From Collodictyon triciliatum (lineage: Eukaryota): a DNA stretch of 41,130 nucleotides. Where the stretch lies: NCBI GenBank assembly GCA_043381765.1, contig JBHJMP010000862.1, positions 1 through 41,130 of the forward strand, written 5' to 3'. Every line of letters starts with the position of its first letter. Within the stretch, counting starts at the first letter, position 1. Positions 31,901 through 41,130 of the stretch are shown piece after piece. The position numbers and the translations under genes are program-made. The notes beneath the pieces were generated by a model. The model was not told the origin of the DNA, did not search any database, and saw only the letters and a program-made list of their open reading frames with translations.

Positions 31901-33592
31901 CATTAATAAAAAGGATGCACCTAAGTAATGAGGTCAGAAAGAAATAAAAAAAATTATTCAATATTGGCCCGATTCGAGAATCATTTGCTTCTATTTGCTG
32001 GTGAAAATAAGAGCGGATTGATTACTGTATGAATAATGTTGCACTTCGATATCCGACACGACTCCTGATGAAACAGAAACATCTATCTCTGTTTAATTTT
32101 ATTTGAGAAATAGTTAGTACCATTCCTAATAATTAAAAATTGAGAATGTAAGAAAATGTAGATTCTTTGGATTTACTTCTGGATTGATGTTATTATGCAA
32201 ATATTTTGTCGAATATACTGATTAAAAATAGCATTAGCTTAAAATTCAATGGATCAATGTGCTTCTCCCTCATGATGCATAATTTCGGGTACCAATCGAA
32301 TCGTTAAATTACCTTCAACTGGGAATCCAACGACATGGATGGGAGAAAGAACCTCCTATATTATATGAATATAATATTGCTATGAAAAGTCATTACCATA
32401 CTTAAGCTACTCACAACTAATTTCGCATTAAGATTTTGATGAGAAATTATATGGTGATTATTTTCTAACTATATAATCAAATAATCGCAGAGACCTACAG
32501 GAATGTCCCCAAAACGTATAACTGGCGCATTCTCCCAAAAATCTCTATCTTCTACTGTAAGAAGAGCCAAATCGCAATCGTGTGAGACCGCGAGAACCTT
32601 TAATTAACTTAAATGATTATGAAACTACAAAATCAATGATATCCTTTTTTTTTTCTCATTAAAATATAATAAAAAATTTCATAACGTGCGATTGTAATGA
32701 AATATTCAATTTTGCACAAGATATTGTGTACAAAGAAAAATACTTACGCGGGCTCTTGATAGTGTCCCTGTGGTGTTTGACTGGACCCTGATGTGTGAGT
32801 GATATGCAATCACATGAGCATTTGTAAGTATTCGTTGGTTTGGCAATAGCAACCCAGAGCCCACAGTCTCTGTCGCAGCTTTTTGTTTCCACTATCGAAT
32901 AATTTCATGGTACGTGTGACTACCGAATTGATGTTGATTTTGGATTTTATTTTTTAAAAAAAAAAATTCAATCTTTTCGCCAAAACGAATATCATCAAGT
33001 GATTTTTGTCCGGTACAAAAAAAATGTGTTGTGGGATTCATATGACCCAATATAATATATGACTCTGACATCTTCAAAAAAAAAACACCACATCCCATCC
33101 ACACATTCTTTTTGACTAAATACAGGGAAAGAATGATTTGGTGACGGGAGTAAGGGATAGGCTACTCACGATATCATATTTATCGTAAGAAAAGAAGGTG
33201 AAAGCATGACAAACATACTGGTAGGAACATGTCGCGATGCTCGTGTTTCGTCATAACTTGAATAATATTTTGTTCATGAAGTATGGTTATTCAATGCTTG
33301 GGCAGTGTGTATGTAATTGGATATTGTGGTTGGTACATGGAGAGGTGAAAAATGGAAGAAGAAGAAAAGGCTGAACACTTAAGTTCGCGATTCAGAATGG
33401 GGGGAAAGTAGAACTGGACCTACTTTTGACAGCACTCCGAGTGTCATACTCTTCGTAAACTGCGCTGTTTGAGTATGTTTTACTCTGCGCCATGTAGGCA
33501 GTAAAGGACCGTTTGACAAAGCAGTCTCGGTAGTTTCTCAGAGCTGGAAAAGAAAGGCCAAAACTCTGCCGCATGCCCCTAACCAGTTGCAT
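28972..33592 (-). CDS. Deg/HtrA serine protease, Deg10/Deg9-like (trypsin domain + 2 PDZ), probable mitochondrial presequence; about 20 small exons
   Basis: Spliced motifs AVKIMTKH..FLPWKQK, GSGLLL..RILTNAHVI (His), VLAVSHDCDLALLTVEDRDFWE (Asp), VVGFP, SSGVVS, PGNSGGP (Ser), VVGLAFQS, IPTPVIRRFL, GVLVNRVQPTSSA, GDIIMSIDDVSISNDG, YFVFGGYVFVPLSQPYLH and C-terminal RNHRIPSA. The N-terminus is Arg/Ser-rich and poor in acidic residues. Confidence 0.9.
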
Positions 33593-33669
33593 TTCTTGTA
33601 TTTGTACAGTTGTTCTCTTTGCCTGCCTAATAGGTTAAAATAAGGGGGCCTAAAGAAAGAATTCAAAGT

Positions 33670-34205
33670 CAAAGAGGTGAAAGAAGTGAAAGAAGTGAAA
33701 GAAGCGAAAAAAGTGAAAAAAGCGAAAAAAGTGAAAACAGTGAAAACAGTGAAAAAAGTGAAAAAAGTGAAAAAGTGAAAACAGTGAAAACAGTGAAAAA
33801 AGTGAAAAAAGTGAAAAAAGTGAAAAAAGTGAAAAAAGTGAAAAAAGTGAAAGAATTGAAAGAATTGAAAAAAGTGAAAGAAGTGAAAAAAGTGAAAACA
33901 GTGAAAAAAGTGAAAACAGTGAAAAAAGTGAAAAAAGTGAAAGAATTGAAAGAATTGAAAAAAGTGAAAAAAGTGAAAGAATTGAAAGAATTGAAAAAAG
34001 TGAAAAAAGTGAAAGAAGTGAAAGAAGCGAAAAAAGTGAAAAAAGTGAAAAAGGTGAAAAAAGTGAAAAAAAAAAGTGAAAAAAGTGAAAAAAAGTGAAA
34101 ACAGTGAAAACAGTGAAAACAGTGAAAAAAGTGAAAAAAATGAAAAAAAGTGAAAGTGAAAACAGTGAAAAAAGTGAAAAAAGTGAAAAAAGTGAAAGAA
34201 TTGGA
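33670..34205. repeat. Minisatellite, ~9-bp unit AAAAAAGTG with variants (AAAACAGTG, AAAGAATTG, AAAGAAGTG)
   Basis: Directly visible; intergenic between the SETD9-like stop and the Deg start; source of the spurious KKV/FSL/FFT ORFs. Confidence 0.95.
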
Positions 34206-34447
34206 AGATACCGACTCTTTGTGAGCAAATGTCACTTCAGGGCGGTTCTTTGCGTTTTGAATTTATTGTCTTAACTTATTTTATTTTCGTTTGTGCATTC
34301 ATTCGTTTTATATCACATCACCCAACACCCATGGATGAAGAACACAGCTCCGAATCATTTAAAACTCAATGACAAATCAGAATGACAGCTGATAACGCAA
34401 ACAGATGATTGTGTGTGTATTTGGATAAAGCAGATGACGACATCATG

Positions 34448-36122
<1,675 letters not shown>

Positions 36123-36224
36123 TTCTCGCTGCTGGGCGTTTATTGTCCTTGGGGCGTATGTCAATGAGCTGCGTAGCCTGGTATATCGATTCGGGTGGGT
36201 CGGTTTGCTATCTTCAGTTTCAGT

Positions 36225-36631
36225 TTGTTTTGGTTTTGGTTTTGGTTTTGGTTTTGGTTTTGGTTTTGGTTTTGGTTTTGGTTTTGGTTTTGGTTTTGGT
36301 TTTGGTTTTGGTTTTGGTTTTGGTTTTGGTTTGGTTTGGTTTTGGTTTGGTTTTGGTTTGGTTTTGGTTTGGTTTTGGTTTGGTTTTGGTTTGGTTTTGG
36401 TTTGGTTTTGGTTTGTTTTGGTTTGTTTTGGTTCGTTTTGGTTTGGTTTTGGTTTGTTTTGTTTTGNTTTGTTTTGTTTTGGTTTTGGTTTTGGTTTTGG
36501 TTTTGGTTTTGGTTTTGGTTTTGGTTTTGGTTTTGGTTTTGGTTTTGGTTTTGGTTTTGGTTTGGTTTGGTTTGGTTTGGTTTGTTTCGTTTTGTTTTTC
36601 GTGAGCATCCTGGCTCGAAGGGCTTTTCTAT

Positions 36632-36701
<70 letters not shown>
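36225..36701. repeat. (GGTTTT)n/(GGTTT)n array followed by (TTTA)n, upstream of the SETD9-like gene
   Basis: Directly visible: GGTTTT array 36225-36600, TTTA array 36629-36701. Confidence 0.95.
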
Positions 36702-36702
<1 letters not shown>

Positions 36703-37107
36703 CTTTTTGCTCGGTGCACAACTCACACGATGAAACTGTCGATGGCACAATCACTTCCCTCTCAAAACAGCCCGCTCGATTTATCAAACCAGGTGGGTTA
36801 CCTGCTCAGCAAATAAAAACAAAGATGATGACAACGATAAAAATAACATCGGAAAGGAGGTGAAGGGGGCTGGCAAGAAACAACGACAGACTTTAATGAA
36901 AAGCGAAATAGACGAATCTCTTTGCGGCTTCACCCACAAAGAAAGCTGGAGAGAAAGGGATGGAAACGCAGGAAGAAGAAATTGGGGAATGAAGAGAACG
37001 ACAAAACGATATAAAAAAAATGTACGTAAGCCGAAGATACTCAGAAACAGAAAAAAATGACAAAATAGAAAAGGAAAGGAAAAGAAAGGAAAGTATATCA
37101 GAGTGCA

Positions 37108-40100
37108 TCAGCTAAAGACATCAGGAACTGCGGCCCAATTGGCAGACTCGCGAGACTCCCAGTATCCGCCCAGATATGTCCACGTCTCGCAGCCCAAAGC
37201 CGGGTCGTTTCGGCGGGTGAACCAAAGCGGATGCCAAAGCGTCCCGTCTCTCTCGCGGATTCTGCGTGCCTCGCGCTGCTTTTCCTCAAGGCGCTGCTTC
37301 TCTCGTGTCGCGGCATCAAACTGGCCCTCTTCAAGGAGACGCTGGTCAGGACGCAGGCGTGTGTCTGTCGGAGGCAGAACCTGCCGGAGAGCCGGGCTGA
37401 TTTCGTTGAGTCCAAAGGAAAAGTACGAGAAGTGGTAGAACTGCTCGCTGTTTGGCGGGGTCGGCTTCACGGTCCAGAGCCGAGTCCATGCGCTTTTCGG
37501 GTCGCGCGGGTCTGTCCCGCTGTGATACGGCATGTACGAGAAGTGCTCGTTCCACATGCTGTGCACAAGGTAGATTGCCTGGCCGCGGCTGTCAAGGACC
37601 TTCCCGCTGACAAGATACTTTGTGTTGTCGAACCAGCCCTTCTTGTGGAACTCGAGCACGCATGTATCTCCGGTGGCGTGGTTGCGGATCTGCATTTCTC
37701 CAGAGTGTGTTAGGTAGAGCGCACCCACGACGAGGTTGTGTACGGTGGTGGAAACCTGTGTTTGTGCGCGATGGTGTAAGCATGTGAATGGGGTGGTCGC
37801 CATTGTCTTTCACTCGAGAACGAGAAAGAGAGTATGGTGCGAGACCATGCTTTTTGGTTGGGTTTGCTGGTGGTGGTAAACCATGAAGGTGATTGTGAGT
37901 GTACATGATGGTTCTTTTTTTTTTCGACTTTTTTTTTGTGGATAAGCAATTAAACAAAAGGAATAGCAAAAGGAAAAGGAAAAATGAAATGGCAAAGGAT
38001 TACTTAAAGAAAATAGGATAGTGTGGTTTACCTTGTTCCAACTGTACCGATGTTTATTGTCTCCAAACACGACGTTCACTGCACCTTCTGGAATGAGTTC
38101 GAGGTGTTTACCCCAGAATTTGTTTTTGAGTTGCATTTCTCCATAGATAGAGTAGCCGCACGCTTGTGCATTGAAGGCCGTGACCGGTGGATGGTGGCTC
38201 ACTTGCTCGGAAAAGAAGCGAATGTTGCTATCTTCGTATTCGTAGGTCTCTCCGAGGACAGGATTGAATGGTTTGCTGGTTCTAATACATTGAAATGAAT
38301 CGTGTAGGTTCTGCTTTGATTATTTTATTTATTTTTTTACTTTGATTTTTTTTTTTTTGCTCCGGTTGATTTCTCACAAATCAATAATTGTTTTTTTTTT
38401 TTTTTTAGAAAAAAAAGCGGCGATCGAATCAAATCGAAAAAAAAAGTGAATGAATGAGTCAATGACCTTCTTCATTCGATGAGCATTGGAGAATAGGAGT
38501 GGAAAGAAAGGAAAAGGAAAAGGTGTGAACCTGTGTTCTGTGTACCCGTATCCAGATATTGCAAATGCAGCCACATAGAGCATTCTCGTTAGTGGATCTT
38601 TATACTCCAGTCCTTTTCGAAGTAAGCCATGGTATTCTATCTCCTCGCAAGCACGCTGTAAAGAATTCAAGGGTTCGTTCCAATTTGCTGGGAAGGATAT
38701 TCGTGACAAGTCCTTTCCCACTGCGTCTTTCAATCCGCTCCATAGACTAATACCTTTCGAACACTTTGGGTGCGGTAGACTTTGGCGATGTTTCTCTTTG
38801 AAGACAGGTGTCCATAGAGTATTCGTCGGGCTTTCTTCTTGTCTAGGAGACACTTGGATGACACCTTTATTCCAGAATGTGCCCACTTCTCGAGATGTTT
38901 CTATTTGTTTTAGTGGTGGCACGGCAACTGGGATTTTCAAGTTTTCTAACCCATCAAAGTCACCAAATCCAGGGTTGGCATCATACACGGGTGTGTTTTC
39001 AGAATTATCAACAGAACCATCCCCACTCTCGTCTGAGTCTTCTCCAGCCTAATGGTGCATAGGGTTTAGTTCATCGAACTTATTAAGCAGGATTTATCAA
39101 GGCAAAATTTTAAGACTGTTTAATATCATCATAATGCATATCAGATCTACATACCATGCAGCTGTAGAAAGTTCCTTCATCGTCGAGAGTTTGTTTTTGA
39201 GAAGCCATGCTACGTGGCGATATGATGCTCCTTTGAACAAGGCGAACACAATCTTCCACGGATAATACGATATCTGATGCCAAGTCTTCAATGATTGAAA
39301 TTCCTTGTCTGTGAGTCAACCGAAGCTGTCGAAGTTGGGCTATAAAGCGACTTTTGTAAGTTTGAAGTTCCTGAAGCCTTTCAAATAATTGTTGCATTTC
39401 AGTCGATGGACTTTGCATGGGGTTTTGTTTCTCTCTGTATTGTATATGTAAGAATTATTAGTCATTCCTTAGAATTATGATAAATGAAGATATATTATAT
39501 GAAGCTTAGTCCTTTAAAGTCTTTCTTTGGGGATATAATATTTGGATAGATGTGGCAATTTAAACATATATTCGTACTGTACGACTGATTCTTGGCTAAT
39601 GTTTATGCCGAGAGTCAATATTTGAACCCAATAATCCCTATCTGTCTTGCTACCGAACTTAATTGTGAAATTTTTTGTTGAATCGATGATCATTTGATTT
39701 TGCTTTTCCTTGCACGGTGTGATGGTAGCATTTAATAACCTATGATTCACACAAATGCCTTGATAACTTGCTTCGAGAAAAAAAAGAAGTCTTCATTTAT
39801 TATCAGGCTTCAGCGCTCTGACAGAGGATTTTATATATATGAAAGAAAATCATAATTTGTTTCGCACTAAACAAAAGATTTATATTCATTTCTCTCATAT
39901 TAGAATATATTTTTCCATTTTTTCACAGATAAAAAAGGAACTGATGAATTAAAAGAGTCTGTACGTATATATTATAAAGAAAGGGGACTTAATGACACAC
40001 ATCGTCTGATNNNNNNNNNNNNNNNNNNNNNNNNNNNNNNNNNNNNNNNNNNNNNNNNNNNNNNNNNNNNNNNNNNNNNNNNNNNNNNNNNNNNNNNNNN

Positions 40101-40750
40101 NNNNNNNNNNNNNNNNNNNNNNNNNNNNNNNNNNNNNNNNNNNNNNNNNNNNNNNNNNNNNNNNNNNNNNNNNNNNNNNNNNNNNNNNNNNNNNNNNNNN
40201 NNNNNNNNNNNNNNNNNNNNNNNNNNNNNNNNNNNNNNNNNNNNNNNNNNNNNNNNNNNNNNNNNNNNNNNNNNNNNNNNNNNNNNNNNNNNNNNNNNNN
40301 NNNNNNNNNNNNNNNNNNNNNNNNNNNNNNNNNNNNNNNNNNNNNNNNNNNNNNNNNNNNNNNNNNNNNNNNNNNNNNNNNNNNNNNNNNNNNNNNNNNN
40401 NNNNNNNNNNNNNNNNNNNNNNNNNNNNNNNNNNNNNNNNNNNNNNNNNNNNNNNNNNNNNNNNNNNNNNNNNNNNNNNNNNNNNNNNNNNNNNNNNNNN
40501 NCGCTTCCTATGCAAAGAAGGGTTCCTTCATATTGTGGCTGCGGTTCGTTTCCGGGTAAAGTCTTCCTGTTTTCGTTGTTCTTTTGCTGTTCTTTTCTGC
40601 CTGGTAAAGCAGGCTCGATCGGCAGCAGATGCTTGTGTCTTTGCGTATCGGCGTTGTGTGGTTTTGCAGCTTCATTTTGCAACCTTCTTTGGCGCTTTGT
40701 TCTGCTCGTTGCGAAAGCGTGATCTGATTCGCCAATGTCCAGATTAAGCC
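37108..40750 (-). CDS. Oxysterol-binding protein-related protein (PH + ORD); 5' part interrupted by N gap, start not defined
   Basis: ORD motifs SLWSGLKDAVGKDLSRISFPANWNEPLNSLQR, KPFNPVLGETYE, EQVSHHPP (signature), KFWGKHLEL and LPPTDTRLRPDQRLLEEG..EKQRLEEKQR; stop at 37108. PH remnant ATITPCKEKQNQMII..SKTDRDYWVQIL (39750-39580); probable PH beta-1 QYEGTLL next to the gap (~40530). The upstream boundary is tentative. Confidence 0.9.
40011..40501. other. Assembly gap (N run) inside the OSBP-related gene
   Basis: Run of N. Confidence 1.
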
Positions 40751-41130
40751 CTAGAACTATCATATTTGGATAAAAGACATTAAGAAATACTGTACTTTTC
40801 TACTTGTTCCTATGTTTAGTATAATTATATACTATATTGCATATATTATGTTATGTAATCCATTTTTTGAGATGTATAGAAATATGCTTGCAATTTTATT
40901 ATTTTTTCCGTAAATAGATTGTGGCTTTGGGAATATCGCCTCAATCTTGACGTCACCAAGCATCAGCATTTTGGTTGCGTTTGTGACAAGTTGCCGCGTT
41001 GCCAATTATATGTGTCAAAGATAAGGTGTGGAAAGCTGTGCGGCACGACAGGGCTCTGATCTTTTCCACCATAACAAAACAAAAAAACAAAAAAACAAAA
41101 AAACAAAAAACCAAAAAAACAAAAAAACAA

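Noticed and set aside
33650-34235. Long ORFs of FSL/FFT/KKV repeats
   Set aside because: They are translations of the 9-bp minisatellite, open in several frames on both strands, with no splice or coding context.

Overview
Gene-dense, intron-rich nuclear DNA from a eukaryote, probably a protist. It uses the standard code and GT-AG introns, has many microsatellite-filled introns, and contains two large N gaps. I spliced eight protein-coding genes by hand. On the + strand: a signal peptide/LRR/Cys-rich/multi-TM receptor-like protein, a RhoGAP with a very long coiled coil, and an orphan 7TM protein. On the - strand: a C2CD6/ALS2CR11 (CatSper-tau)-like C2 protein, an FGD-like DH-PH-FYVE RhoGEF, a Deg10-like HtrA protease, a SETD9-like protein, and a PH-containing OSBP-related protein whose 5' end is interrupted by a gap. 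Between the convergent 7TM and C2 genes (about 16.6-20.6 kb) lies a decayed zone that the ORF track does not reveal. It holds a degenerate L1/Tx1-like non-LTR retrotransposon RT directly upstream of, and co-oriented with, a TKL kinase-SAM pseudogene. The most notable items are the CatSper-tau-like gene in a non-animal-looking genome, the LINE/kinase-SAM juxtaposition, the LRR plus TRP-like membrane-domain chimera, and GC/CpG-rich islands that straddle gene boundaries. All family calls come from motif recognition by eye and need HMM/BLAST confirmation.
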